From Candidatus Latescibacterota bacterium (GTDB taxonomy: Bacteria > Latescibacterota > UBA2968 > UBA8231), in contig CBDAOB010000005.1 of the NCBI GenBank assembly GCA_965197905.1, positions 800,524 to 864,523 on the forward strand: 64,000 nucleotides of DNA, given 5' to 3'. This document shows positions 36,811 through 46,292 of this stretch, one piece after another. Below the pieces are notes generated by a model that made no database searches, had not been told where the DNA came from, and worked only from the letters and a program-made list of their open reading frames with translations. The translations under genes and the position numbers were made by a program. Position 1 is the stretch's first letter. Each line of letters opens with the position of its first letter.

Positions 36811-38256
36811 TCAGTGGGTGTTGACTCCGAAGGTGAGATTGTCCCAACGATGGGTCAGAAGATGGCGGAGCAGCGCTTCCCGGGCTTCGGGCGTCCCAAT
36901 GTTGAACAACGCATGGACGGCTTTGCCGCGAACATACCTGTTGCTGTCCTCAAGGACAGATGCCAGCTGCGGTGTCGCTTCTTCTGCGCGTTTACCCATT
37001 CGGGCCAACGCCAGAGCGGCCCGCATTCGAACTTTGTCTGCGGCATGCTCGAGGGTCCTCCCCAGAGCCTGGGGTAGGTCCGGTTCCGGCACATCGATCA
37101 ACCCAAGGGCTTCGGCGGCATGTTCGACCACATCCTCTGACTCGTCTCCCAGACACCTGATCAACTCCGGAACCACCTGCTCGGCCTGTTTGCCCATGTC
37201 TCCCAACGACTCCGCCGCCACGGCGCGAACCGATGCGTTGTCATCCTCCAGAGCGTTCGCGAGTGCGGGTACGGCCGCTTCGCCGATGGCGGTCAGCGAG
37301 TGAGCGAAACCTCGGCGCACCCCCTCCGACGGATGTGCCAGGCCATCGATCAGAGTAGGCACTGCCGCCTCGCCGAGAGCGGCAAGTTCATAGATGGTTT
37401 CGAGCCAGATCGGTTCGGACCTGCCCTCCTGAGGCGTATTGTCCAGAGCCGCATTCTCGGTCGCCCTGGTCACCAGCTCGTCGATGGAAGCCACGGGTCG
37501 ATCGCCGCCTGAGGCGGATCCCCCATTGAGCTTGCCGCAGTGCCAGTCCCAGATCTGTTTCCGTAGAGATGGATGTTTGACCTCGGCGCCGGGCTGCCAG
37601 TCCTGACTCTCGCTGTCCCAGCTCGGGCCCGGCGGTTCGTTCATGCGCGCGAACATGAACTTGACAAGAGCCCGTTTCTTTTGGCTGCGGTTCGGCGTGG
37701 CTGCATGCCAGAGATCGTAGTGGGTGATGACGATGGTTCCAGCATCCACGCAGAGCGGAAACTCGCGACCGAGGTCAACGTCGGAGAGCGCATTGTAGTA
37801 CTGACTTCCCGGAAGGACAGTGGTGGGTCCCATATCGGGCGCCGTATCCTGAGGGTAGTATAGGCCCAGCGCCCACCGGGTGCGATGTCGGCGACGGCTC
37901 ATGCCATCCCGGTGCAGGCTTCCTCCGAAACCGCCCTTTCTGGGATCGGTGTTTACCCCATTTCTGGGAACGAACTCCGGCTCGCGAAAGTGGCAGTGGC
38001 GATGCGGATAGAGGAAGTAGCCTGCGCCCAGGATACTTTCCAAAGCGCCGGAGATGCGCGGGTCATCGAATACCTGTTGGAGCATCGGAATCCGCGGCAG
38101 CAGGTTGTTGCCGGGGTTCCCTTCCGTCTGGTACACGCTGTCGATTTCGTCGAAGACCTGCTTGTGAAACTCGGCGGGCAGGCCGGACTTGAGCATGAGG
38201 TATCCATCAATGATGAACCTCTGCATCTGTTCGTCGGTCAGAAGTCTGCGATCCAT
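36811..38256 (-). CDS. PhyH-like dioxygenase fused to C-terminal HEAT repeats, copy 1
   Basis: 481 aa. Motifs LHRDG, MGPTTVLPGSQ and LWHAATPNRSQKKR, followed by HEAT repeats. It ends with the same LLRHLLTHRWDNLTFGVNTH as copy 2. Confidence 0.85.
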   Translation of the reverse strand: MDRRLLTDEQMQRFIIDGYLMLKSGLPAEFHKQVFDEIDSVYQTEGNPGNNLLPRIPMLQQVFDDPRISGALESILGAGYFLYPHRHCHFREPEFVPRNGVNTDPRKGGFGGSLHRDGMSRRRHRTRWALGLYYPQDTAPDMGPTTVLPGSQYYNALSDVDLGREFPLCVDAGTIVITHYDLWHAATPNRSQKKRALVKFMFARMNEPPGPSWDSESQDWQPGAEVKHPSLRKQIWDWHCGKLNGGSASGGDRPVASIDELVTRATENAALDNTPQEGRSEPIWLETIYELAALGEAAVPTLIDGLAHPSEGVRRGFAHSLTAIGEAAVPALANALEDDNASVRAVAAESLGDMGKQAEQVVPELIRCLGDESEDVVEHAAEALGLIDVPEPDLPQALGRTLEHAADKVRMRAALALARMGKRAEEATPQLASVLEDSNRYVRGKAVHALFNIGTPEAREALLRHLLTHRWDNLTFGVNTH

Positions 38257-38358
38257 GTCAGCTATTCTCCAAAGCTAAGCACATCGGCGAACCTTGACAG
38301 TTGCCCAGAGCCTGATACATCGCCTGAGCTAAGGTGCTCTGGGGCCACAGCAGGACCG

Positions 38359-39441
38359 CTAGCCGAATTCCCTGGTAAGCTCGGGTTCGGCGCTGCTGGC
38401 GAGCTTGGAGTAGATCTGCAGCCGGCCGCGAGAGTCGGCGATGATGACCCGGTCCTGCTCGTCCACCTCTACTCCCGTTGGCCTGATGAACCTGCCCAAC
38501 GGTGTAAGGTCTTCGACCACGTCGAACGCCAACTTAGTCCGCGCGTCGCGGTTAATGACATACTCCCCGGCCTTGGAATCTGTGGGGTTCTTGGCGTCAC
38601 CGTGTATGGCCGTCAGGATCTCTCCACTGGACTCATAGATCTGCACCCGGTTGTTTGCCCAATCGGTGACGTAGACATCTCCGCCGCTGTCTACCGCCAC
38701 GTCCGCCGGATGATCCAGCGCTCCTCCCTCTTCGGGTGAGGTGCCGAAGCTCATCAGGTATGCGCCGTCGGCGGTGAATTTCTGCACTCGATTATTGCTC
38801 CAGTCGGCGATATAGACGTCGCCCGCGGCATCAACTGTGATCCCCCAGGGCCGTCTGAACTCACCCTCGCCTTGCCCCGTACTCCCCCAGGTCGCGAGAA
38901 ACTGACCCTCCTTGGTGAACCTTTGCACGCGGTCGTTGCGGCTATCAACGACCAGCAGGTTGTTGTCGGCGTCGAACGCGAGGCCCGAAGGACCGTTGAG
39001 TTGCCCGGGTCCCGCGCCGGTCTCTCCCCATCGCCCTTTCCGGTCACCGTTTTCTCCGTACTCCGGGAACGGAAGCGTCGAATTGGGATCGAAGATGGAG
39101 ATGGCGTTTTCGTACTCGTCTGAGCAGAACACATCTCCGTCGTCAGACACGGCAATGCCTGCCGGCCAGGTGAAATCGTTGCGGCCGAAGTCGCCCTCGT
39201 GGTGCTCCTCGATCGTGGTTTTTCCGATGCGCCGGTAGAGATCGGGCGCATCGGGGCTGAACGTCCCATAACCCAGGCCACGACTGAGGACGAAGATGAG
39301 ACCACCCGGCGCCAGGGCAAGAGACACCGGCCGCGAGAACCCGCCGGTGACGCCGTACTTGCTCTCGTTGTGCTCGGCCGTATTGCGTCCGAGGGCGTGG
39401 CTGAACCGCCAGGTGCGCCCAGCGGCGGTGGTGGTGATCAT
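38359..39441 (-). CDS. NHL-repeat six-bladed beta-propeller protein, no signal peptide
   Basis: Repeats include GPSGLAFDADNNLLVVDSRNDRVQRF, PWGITVDAAGDVYIADWSNNRVQKF and HPADVAVDSGGDVYVTDWANNRVQIY. ATG 39441 is preceded by GGAGG at 9 nt. Confidence 0.85.
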   Translation of the reverse strand: MITTTAAGRTWRFSHALGRNTAEHNESKYGVTGGFSRPVSLALAPGGLIFVLSRGLGYGTFSPDAPDLYRRIGKTTIEEHHEGDFGRNDFTWPAGIAVSDDGDVFCSDEYENAISIFDPNSTLPFPEYGENGDRKGRWGETGAGPGQLNGPSGLAFDADNNLLVVDSRNDRVQRFTKEGQFLATWGSTGQGEGEFRRPWGITVDAAGDVYIADWSNNRVQKFTADGAYLMSFGTSPEEGGALDHPADVAVDSGGDVYVTDWANNRVQIYESSGEILTAIHGDAKNPTDSKAGEYVINRDARTKLAFDVVEDLTPLGRFIRPTGVEVDEQDRVIIADSRGRLQIYSKLASSAEPELTREFG

Positions 39442-39497
39442 ATCAGCAACCTCCGCGTCCATCCGTTGCGGCCCGTGGTCACATGAACCTTGTAGTG

Positions 39498-40631
39498 TCA
39501 TCCAACGTCTATCAGGTGGGGCTTCTCGTGCTGGCCGCGAACGGCAGCTGCGGGATCCACCTTCAGCCAGTCTTCCAGCAGGTTGGTGTAGAGGCCACGG
39601 AAGTCGAATGTCGGCGCCAGATCGCCATCCTTGAGCCTCTCGCTCCTGATATCCGGATACTCGGCATAGGCGCCGCCTTTGACTTTCGGCCCCAGAACCC
39701 AGGACACTCCGGCCGCCCCGTGATCGGTGCCGCCGCCGTTTTCCTTCACCCGTCGACCAAATTCGGAGAACACCAGCATGACGACGTTTTCATCGGCCTC
39801 GTGGGCCTTGAGGTCGTCCCAGAACTCGGCGATGGCATTGGATATGTCGGTCAGCAGCTTCACATGTGAGGTGGCTTGGGCGGCGTGGGTGTCGAACCCG
39901 CCATATTCGGTGTAGAGTATCCGTGCTCCCAGGTCGGCAAGGTGAATCTTGGCTACATCTTTTAGCCGGTTGGAAACGGGGTTGGGGCCGTACTCTGTGT
40001 CCGAGCTGTAGTTTTGCGCCGCCGTTTTGACCATATCCGCGCCGTTCAGCGCGTCCATACCGGTGTGACCCAGGTAGTCCATCACCGGACCCGAGTCGCT
40101 GGAAGGGCTGTATATCCTGGCAAACCTTTCGAGCATATTCCGGCGTTCTTCCTTCGCGAAGGAGGTGAACAGGCCGTAGGCGTCGATGTCCGCCACGGAG
40201 GCGACGGAGACGCCGTCGGCCACCAGCGCGCGCGGCAAACCCGGACCTATGTTCACGGTGGTGACCGGATTGTCACCTTTGGGGTCGAGTTCCCTGGTAG
40301 CCTTACCCAGCCAGCCTTCGCTGGAGAAGGTGTCCGGTTCGGCGGTGTGCCAGATGTCCAGGCAGCGGAAGTGAGATCGGTTGGAGTTCTCCCAGCCTAC
40401 TCCATGGACGATCGCCATCTCTCCCTTGTCGTGCATCTCCTTGAGCGGGGCCATCGCGGGATGAAGGCCAATCTCGTCGTCCAGCTTGAGAACATCATCC
40501 TCGGGTACACCCAGCAGCGGGCGGTTGTCGTAGTATTGCGGGTTGGCGAAGGGGACGACGGAGTTCATGTAATCATTGCCGCCGCTCAATTGCAAAACCA
40601 CGAGCACCGGGTCTTTGTCTCTAGTTGTCAT
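39498..40631 (-). CDS. DUF1501-family (sulfatase/alkaline-phosphatase-fold) protein lacking the usual Tat signal
   Basis: 377 aa. Contains LVVLQLSGGNDYMNSVVP and YTEYGGFDTHA. The N-terminus MTTRDKDPVLVV runs directly into the core. Confidence 0.75.
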   Translation of the reverse strand: MTTRDKDPVLVVLQLSGGNDYMNSVVPFANPQYYDNRPLLGVPEDDVLKLDDEIGLHPAMAPLKEMHDKGEMAIVHGVGWENSNRSHFRCLDIWHTAEPDTFSSEGWLGKATRELDPKGDNPVTTVNIGPGLPRALVADGVSVASVADIDAYGLFTSFAKEERRNMLERFARIYSPSSDSGPVMDYLGHTGMDALNGADMVKTAAQNYSSDTEYGPNPVSNRLKDVAKIHLADLGARILYTEYGGFDTHAAQATSHVKLLTDISNAIAEFWDDLKAHEADENVVMLVFSEFGRRVKENGGGTDHGAAGVSWVLGPKVKGGAYAEYPDIRSERLKDGDLAPTFDFRGLYTNLLEDWLKVDPAAAVRGQHEKPHLIDVG

Positions 40632-40687
40632 AGGATGTTCTCCACACTCGGTCTGCCATTCTGTTTCCGCAGAACATATGATCCTCT

Positions 40688-42100
40688 CTATCCGAACTGA
40701 TACTCACGCGTGCCCGCGATCAAGGCCAGCAACTCGCCCACAATACGTGCGCATTCCGGCGTTGGTTCGACCGTCTCAAAGGACGGCCCCAGTGAACGGG
40801 CATGGTCTACTAGCTCTGAGCGCGTAGCCTCTTCAACTACCAACGGACCCATCTCATACAGACAGCGCTGAACCAGGACCTCGGCCGCGTCGCCGCCGCC
40901 GTTGACCTCCGCGGCCACTCTTTTAACGATGTTCTGGACGCCGGGCAGGTCGGTATCTCTGACGCGGTCGGCGACGAAGTTCACGCGGTTGATGAGGGCC
41001 CCACTATTAACCCACTCTCTGCCGGTATGCCAACCTTCGACGCTGGGAGGGTTGAGCAGGTCCTGTCCCATGCCCCGGGTCTGGGCGGGTATCTCTCCCC
41101 AGCTCGGATGCGGTCCTCTCAGGGCCCCGGTGAACCTCAGGGTCCCGGCGACAACCTCGACCGGGCTCCGGACCTTCTGGTAGGTCGCATCCTTGAAGAA
41201 GTCAGCGTTGAAAAGGACACGCAGCACAGGCTTCATTTCGAAGTCGTTATTGACCCACGTCTCTGAGAGCAGGTCGATGGCATCCGGGTCTCGAGGAGGC
41301 TGGTTGGGCCACTTTGGCACCTCGGGCTCATCAGCCACGAAGAAGTTATAGAGGTGTCTCATGACGAACGCCGGGCAGGCCGGTTGCTGCAGGATGATGT
41401 CGATGATGTCTTGACCGTTGAAGTGACCGGTGTGTCCCAGAAAACTCTTCTCGCCGTGGTCGTGGTCCTCCGGGCGGTACTCGAAGCCCCAGGGATGAGC
41501 ACCCCAGGGAAATCCGGGGATCTTGGGTTTGATGGTCCAACCCGTAAAGGCGCGGGCACACTCAAAGACATCTTTTTCGGTGTAGTTTCCCACCCCCAGG
41601 GAGAACAGCTCCATCAACTCCCGGCCCCAGTTTTCGTTGGGGGCACGCTTGTGGTTCTCCTGATTGTCGAGCCAGAAGATCATGGCGGGATTCTGGGCCA
41701 GCTCCAGCAGCAGGTCCCGGAAATTCTCTATTCCCCGGGCGCGGAACATCTGTATCTGGACGTCCATGTCGATAGCGGACGACACCTTGTCGTCACCGGT
41801 GGCGAAGACGTGGTGCCAGAAAAGCGCCATCTTCTCTTGAAGAGGTCGACCGGTGTTCACCATGCGGTAGAGCCACAACAGCTGTGCATGGTTAATTCCC
41901 TCGGACGGATGGGTGATAGGGTGATAGCGGTAGAACTCATACTCATCTATGTCCGGGTGCTGCTCGGGGTGCAGCAGTTGCTCTACGGTCTCTTCATACC
42001 CGTGCTCAGCCAGGACCTCCAGCTCTTCGTAAGCCGCGCCAAAGCCAGCTCGACGCATCAGGTGCGCCATCAGCGCGATCTCTTCTCGACCCGCCACCAA
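40688..42100 (-). CDS. DUF1800-family protein (usual partner of DUF1501)
   Basis: 470 aa with a TTG/GTG start after GGAG. Motifs: HLMRRAGFG, FWHHVFATG, NFRDLLLELAQNPAMIFWLDNQENHKRAPNENWGRELMELFSLGVGNYTEKDV and ARAFTGW. Confidence 0.75.
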   Translation of the reverse strand: MVAGREEIALMAHLMRRAGFGAAYEELEVLAEHGYEETVEQLLHPEQHPDIDEYEFYRYHPITHPSEGINHAQLLWLYRMVNTGRPLQEKMALFWHHVFATGDDKVSSAIDMDVQIQMFRARGIENFRDLLLELAQNPAMIFWLDNQENHKRAPNENWGRELMELFSLGVGNYTEKDVFECARAFTGWTIKPKIPGFPWGAHPWGFEYRPEDHDHGEKSFLGHTGHFNGQDIIDIILQQPACPAFVMRHLYNFFVADEPEVPKWPNQPPRDPDAIDLLSETWVNNDFEMKPVLRVLFNADFFKDATYQKVRSPVEVVAGTLRFTGALRGPHPSWGEIPAQTRGMGQDLLNPPSVEGWHTGREWVNSGALINRVNFVADRVRDTDLPGVQNIVKRVAAEVNGGGDAAEVLVQRCLYEMGPLVVEEATRSELVDHARSLGPSFETVEPTPECARIVGELLALIAGTREYQFG

Positions 42101-42390
42101 CAGTCTCCTTCTCTCATTCGAGGATTGAAGTTTATTAGCGCCGTTCGCAGGTTGAAATTAGGCTGTCACCCTCTGTGCACCGTCAAACAAACGTCAAAGG
42201 CGACCTGCAAAATAATACACATGGAGACTTCAACGGTAAATGATCAATTAAGGGAGCTACGCAATCGGCGGTAGAAGGTGTGAATAGAGCTAGTGATGAC
42301 GCCGGTCGTGGCGGCCGCAGGACTGGATCTCCTGGTTTAGATTCAGCAACTTTCCTGTGCCAGCTGTACGCTTTGAAAGGAATTTGAGCT

Positions 42391-43260
42391 ATGTCAGATA
42401 TATCTTCTTCGTCCCAACGAGTTAGCAGCCCACGCATAGACGATCGCGATTGGAGCCGACTCACCCTAGGGCAGCAGATTCAACAGCTCGAGGTCGAAGG
42501 CTACGTCGTTCTGCCCGATCTACTCTCGGCCGATCACATTGCGCGCCTCAAGGAACAAACCGTGCAGTTCGAAACCACTCACGTGGATTACAGCGTGCAC
42601 CAGCGCGGTCGGCAAGATATCCAGTTTGCCGGCGGGGGGGTTACCGAGCTTGTTGCGTTTCCCCCCATGATCGAGTTCTTGAAAGCAGTCTGCGGCGATG
42701 AGATCGTTTTGATGTCCTACGATTACTCTCGCTCCGAGCCGGGGCACCCGGGCATCAGTCTGCACTGCGACGGCCAGCCGTGGGGGTCGCGAATTTTCGG
42801 TGCTGAATACACCTGCCCCAAACTGATCCGCGCCCTCTACTACCTGGACGATTTGATACCCGAGGTATCGCCCTTCCGCGTGGTGCCGCGGTCGCATCTG
42901 AGCTACCACAACGAAGCCAATCCGTACCTGCGCTACGAGGAGCACCCCGAGGAAGTCATGGTGACCTCCAGGGCCGGCTCTGCAGTGCTGTTCGACAATT
43001 ATGTATTCCACGGCAACTATCCCAACGTGGGCAGCTACCCGCGGGAGGCGCTTCAGCTCTCCTACCGGCCAACCTGGGCAGGTCCGGCAGGCGATGTCGA
43101 ACCGTGGGATCCGGACCATGTGGCCAACCTCGCTCCGACCGTGCGCCAGTTCATGGGCGATCGCAGTGCTCGCCTTTGGATCTACGAGGGCGGCAACAAA
43201 CCGGCTGATATGGCCAGCGAGGCTCCGGGCATGAACCCCAGTCGCTGGGATCGCGATTAG
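42391..43260 (+). CDS. PhyH-family Fe(II)/2OG dioxygenase
   Basis: 289 aa. Motifs EGYVVLPDLLSADHI, LHCDGQP (H-x-D), FRVVPRSH and VFHGNYPNVGSYPR. Confidence 0.85.
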   Translation: MSDISSSSQRVSSPRIDDRDWSRLTLGQQIQQLEVEGYVVLPDLLSADHIARLKEQTVQFETTHVDYSVHQRGRQDIQFAGGGVTELVAFPPMIEFLKAVCGDEIVLMSYDYSRSEPGHPGISLHCDGQPWGSRIFGAEYTCPKLIRALYYLDDLIPEVSPFRVVPRSHLSYHNEANPYLRYEEHPEEVMVTSRAGSAVLFDNYVFHGNYPNVGSYPREALQLSYRPTWAGPAGDVEPWDPDHVANLAPTVRQFMGDRSARLWIYEGGNKPADMASEAPGMNPSRWDRD

Positions 43261-43284
43261 GGCGAAGAATGTTGATCGCGCCCG

Positions 43285-44214
43285 TCAGGCGCGAAGCGGC
43301 TGTCGTAGTCTCCTCAGCCTCCGCGTCCCGCGCACCGTAAAGCGCCAGCGGGGTCCATATTTCTTCGCCAGGTTGACGTTCTCCCTTATGTCGGCCAGGG
43401 TCTCCAGCGTCTCAACCACCGGAACCTCGTCGCGGCCGGCGGTGCGCTTCAGGAACTCCCGGGTCTTGCCGTTGAGAACCCCGTAAAACCCGCGAACATC
43501 CGCATCTGTGTGGTCCCGCCAAAACATGGCCGGTATGAACGAATCGTCGCCGAGGAATTCGCGGTGGCGGTGGCCATAGTAGATCTGCACCGTCTTGCGC
43601 TCGGATTGCGTGGGACGCACGGTCGCCGTGTGCAAGCGGGTGATGTTGAAGATCACCGCCGTACCCGCTTTGCCATACAGATCGTGGACGCCTCCGCGCT
43701 CCAGCTGTGCCTCCGTGTCCAGCAATTCTTCATCGAACGCCTGCGGTGAGATGGAGAAGGTGTGGGTCGTCTCGTCCGCGTCTTCCAGAAAGAGCATCAT
43801 CTGCACATAGCCGATCCGCAGCGGATGTTCCGGCCACATGCTGTCCTCTCGCCCGTCCCGATGCCACCGCCGCCCCACCTGTCCTTCCCACGTCCTCATC
43901 CCAGGAATCGGCTCGCCCGCGTAGGGTCCCATGCGCCTGAGGCAGATCTCGGCGAAGCAGACATCGCCGCCCATCAGGGCACGAAGGGGTCCCATCGCCT
44001 TCGGATGCCGAATGATCTCGTCGAACTCGGGTGCCGTCAGGAGCGCATCACAATGCTGGGTCTGCCAGATGCCGTTGTCATTCCAGAAACGGCTGAATTC
44101 CCGACGATTGCGATCGAAAAGATCGACAAATCGGGCAAGCTCCTCGTCACTCAGAATCTTTCCCAGCGATACGTAACCGTGATCTCGGAAGAAATCGTGA
44201 TCTGCCTGCTTCAC
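43285..44214 (-). CDS. PhyH-family Fe(II)/2OG dioxygenase with basic C-terminal tail (paralogue of 32164-33093)
   Basis: GTG 44214 follows GGAGG at 7 nt. Contains MKQADHDFFRDHGYVSLGK, RRWHRDG and NLAKKYGPRWRFTVRGTRRLR. Confidence 0.85.
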   Translation of the reverse strand: MKQADHDFFRDHGYVSLGKILSDEELARFVDLFDRNRREFSRFWNDNGIWQTQHCDALLTAPEFDEIIRHPKAMGPLRALMGGDVCFAEICLRRMGPYAGEPIPGMRTWEGQVGRRWHRDGREDSMWPEHPLRIGYVQMMLFLEDADETTHTFSISPQAFDEELLDTEAQLERGGVHDLYGKAGTAVIFNITRLHTATVRPTQSERKTVQIYYGHRHREFLGDDSFIPAMFWRDHTDADVRGFYGVLNGKTREFLKRTAGRDEVPVVETLETLADIRENVNLAKKYGPRWRFTVRGTRRLRRLRQPLRA

Positions 44215-44306
44215 CGCCGGTACCTCCTGTTAAGCTGGTGGCATTCTTTAGCCACAGTTTGGAGACGCATGTAGGCCTTGCCAACGGGCGCTTGGACAAC
44301 GCAGAA

Positions 44307-46277
44307 TCAATACACCCGGATATGATTGTACTTCACTCCCGTGAAGGAATCCACCAGCAGCCAGAATCCCGCTGCCACGAACTGCCCCAGAATGATCCCC
44401 ATGAAAAACGGCTTTGTTCGTTCGTAGAGGCTGGCCCCTCCGTAGTTCAGCACCATAACCTTGATCAACCACGCGCACATTATGGACATCCACAAGTGGT
44501 TCATCACCCAGGAAGCGCTGACGGCAAATCCTATCGGGTGGAACGGCCACCAGGCGAAAACGTGGCGCGCAAGCATGAGCCCGCCCATCAAGGCACCCCC
44601 TACCCCGGTCCATATCCACCCTTCCACGTTCGGCCCGGTGAGGTTCGCCATACCGGCTTCCGCAAACCGCGACGGCCACATGGCAAAACCCTGGTAGTAC
44701 TTGGAGTTGAGGTGCAAACCTCCATACTTGTAGGCGAGGTAGATCTGAAACCACGTCGCCGCTAATATGGCGATCACCACGGCCGCGGCCACGGCGAGAA
44801 AGACTCCCCTCCGGTTGCGGGTTATCTCCGAACCCATCCGCAGCGCGTTCGCCATCGGCGCGGTTACGAACATGAGAAACCCACCGACCCAGACCAGGGT
44901 GTAGCCAAGCGCCACCACCCCCTTGATGCCCAGTGACGTTGAGCCGATCCCCGACATCAGGAAGGTCGCGGGCGCCATGGCCGGGGCGACGGTAGGCAAA
45001 CCAGTCTCGGCAACCACCCGCGCCAAGCCGATCATAAGCACGAGCGCGGCGAAGATGAAGAGCAGCGCCGTCCAGGCCGGCATCCCCGACTGCCACAGCC
45101 AGATGAAAATGAAGCCCGACCCTCCCAGAAAGCAGAGCACCGCGGTCCGGTACGACATGATCTCCTGCGAGTCATCCACTGGAGTCTTGCTGTTCCAGGC
45201 CTTGCGCAAAACCTCGGCCAGGTGGGGCCTTGCCGTCCACAGGCCGAAGACCACCAGAACGATCAGGGCACCGATCATCTGGTGCCCAATGGCGGCCCCA
45301 CCCACCGGTCCCGAGGCATCCCCCGGACCCAGGTGCTGGCTCAGGCCAATGCCAAAAATCGCAAACGCCCCTCCTTGAAGCACCCGAACGAGATAGAAGA
45401 ACCACATGCTGAAAGCGACGGTGGTGTTGATGAAATAGGCGAAGCCGAGCATCAGAAAATTGATGCGGAACATCAACTCGATCTGGTCGCGGAAGATCAT
45501 GGTCTCCACGACCCCCATCACGGCGGGAATAAAGGAGAAATAGTTGTGTAGTATGTTGGTGCTGTTGATCAGAAACGAAAAGAGGAATCCGCCCCACATC
45601 ACCGGATTCCTGAAGAAGGGTCTGATGATCGCATCCGTCCGGCCGTTGTCCTCCAACATGGCCAGGGGCACCTGGGCTAGCGGAAACGCCAGGCGCTCGT
45701 GCTCCACCCATTGCCGGCGCAGGATGACCAGCGCGCTGAAGAGGGTCAGATAATAAGCGATAAAGAAGAGAAACCAGCGCAGCAGGACCGGCATCCACAA
45801 CTCCCAGGGAATTCGATCGACGCCCCCGCCGTAATACAGATCGCGGACGGCTTGTTGATCGCCCAGCACGAGCCATTCCGCCAGTATGGGTTGGATGAGC
45901 TCGCCCCAGTTGTTCTCCGGGGTGGTGTAGAAGGTGACGCCCGTGACCATGGAAACCACCTTCTGGGCTATGCCGCGATTGGGAACGACCGTGGCCATCG
46001 CCATCATGATGAAGATGACCGCCAGCTCCCCGGGACGCAGCAGCCAGTCGCGCTTGAGCAGTCCGAGGACGATCTGCAGGGTCAGAATGAGTGTGAAGAA
46101 GAGAATGAACGCAGCGGGTGTGCAGGAGCTCAGGCCGATGCGCGACCCGTGGATCACGTTGATGGTGTAAGGCAGGATCAGCGCTATACTCAGGGCCGAG
46201 AGCGAACCGATCAACAAGCTGCGCGGCGTCAGCGCCCACCGATCCGACGGGAGTAGGTCGACGCGGCTCGTCGTCAT
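44307..46277 (-). CDS. Polytopic membrane protein, paralogue C of the uncharacterised family
   Basis: 656 aa, colinear with paralogue B along its whole length, with the same motifs. The N-terminus is nearly identical to edge copy A (PYTINVIHGSRIGLSSCTPAAFILFF). Confidence 0.9.
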   Translation of the reverse strand: MTTSRVDLLPSDRWALTPRSLLIGSLSALSIALILPYTINVIHGSRIGLSSCTPAAFILFFTLILTLQIVLGLLKRDWLLRPGELAVIFIMMAMATVVPNRGIAQKVVSMVTGVTFYTTPENNWGELIQPILAEWLVLGDQQAVRDLYYGGGVDRIPWELWMPVLLRWFLFFIAYYLTLFSALVILRRQWVEHERLAFPLAQVPLAMLEDNGRTDAIIRPFFRNPVMWGGFLFSFLINSTNILHNYFSFIPAVMGVVETMIFRDQIELMFRINFLMLGFAYFINTTVAFSMWFFYLVRVLQGGAFAIFGIGLSQHLGPGDASGPVGGAAIGHQMIGALIVLVVFGLWTARPHLAEVLRKAWNSKTPVDDSQEIMSYRTAVLCFLGGSGFIFIWLWQSGMPAWTALLFIFAALVLMIGLARVVAETGLPTVAPAMAPATFLMSGIGSTSLGIKGVVALGYTLVWVGGFLMFVTAPMANALRMGSEITRNRRGVFLAVAAAVVIAILAATWFQIYLAYKYGGLHLNSKYYQGFAMWPSRFAEAGMANLTGPNVEGWIWTGVGGALMGGLMLARHVFAWWPFHPIGFAVSASWVMNHLWMSIMCAWLIKVMVLNYGGASLYERTKPFFMGIILGQFVAAGFWLLVDSFTGVKYNHIRVY

Positions 46278-46292
46278 CGAATGTTCGAGGGA

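Larger units (their letters stand above)
35294..38256 (-). repeat. Tandem duplication of the PhyH::HEAT gene
   Basis: Two head-to-tail copies are separated by 38 nt. The first roughly 37 nt at both 3' ends are identical (TCAGTGGGTGTTGACTCCGAAGGTGAGATTGTCCCA). Confidence 0.85.
43285..46277 (-). repeat. Diverged two-gene duplication unit, copy 2 (membrane paralogue C plus tailed PhyH)
   Basis: See copy 1. Gene order, orientation and lengths match (656/309 aa versus 654/309 aa). Confidence 0.8.

Noticed and set aside
38258-38320. A 20-aa Cys-containing mini-ORF (MYQALGNCQGSPMCLALENS) ending 1 nt before the first PhyH::HEAT gene, considered as a possible precursor peptide or substrate.
   Set aside because: It has no Shine-Dalgarno sequence at usable spacing. 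The GGAG serving the downstream gene lies inside it. No equivalent exists upstream of the second copy. An ORF of this length is expected by chance.
42101-42390. A search for the missing 3' two-thirds of the sigma-70 relic on the far side of the 43285-47180 module, and in the 24-nt gap at 43261-43284.
   Set aside because: None of the three minus-strand frames shows sigma region 2.2-4 motifs. The relic therefore reflects truncation or deletion, not a simple insertion that split an intact gene.
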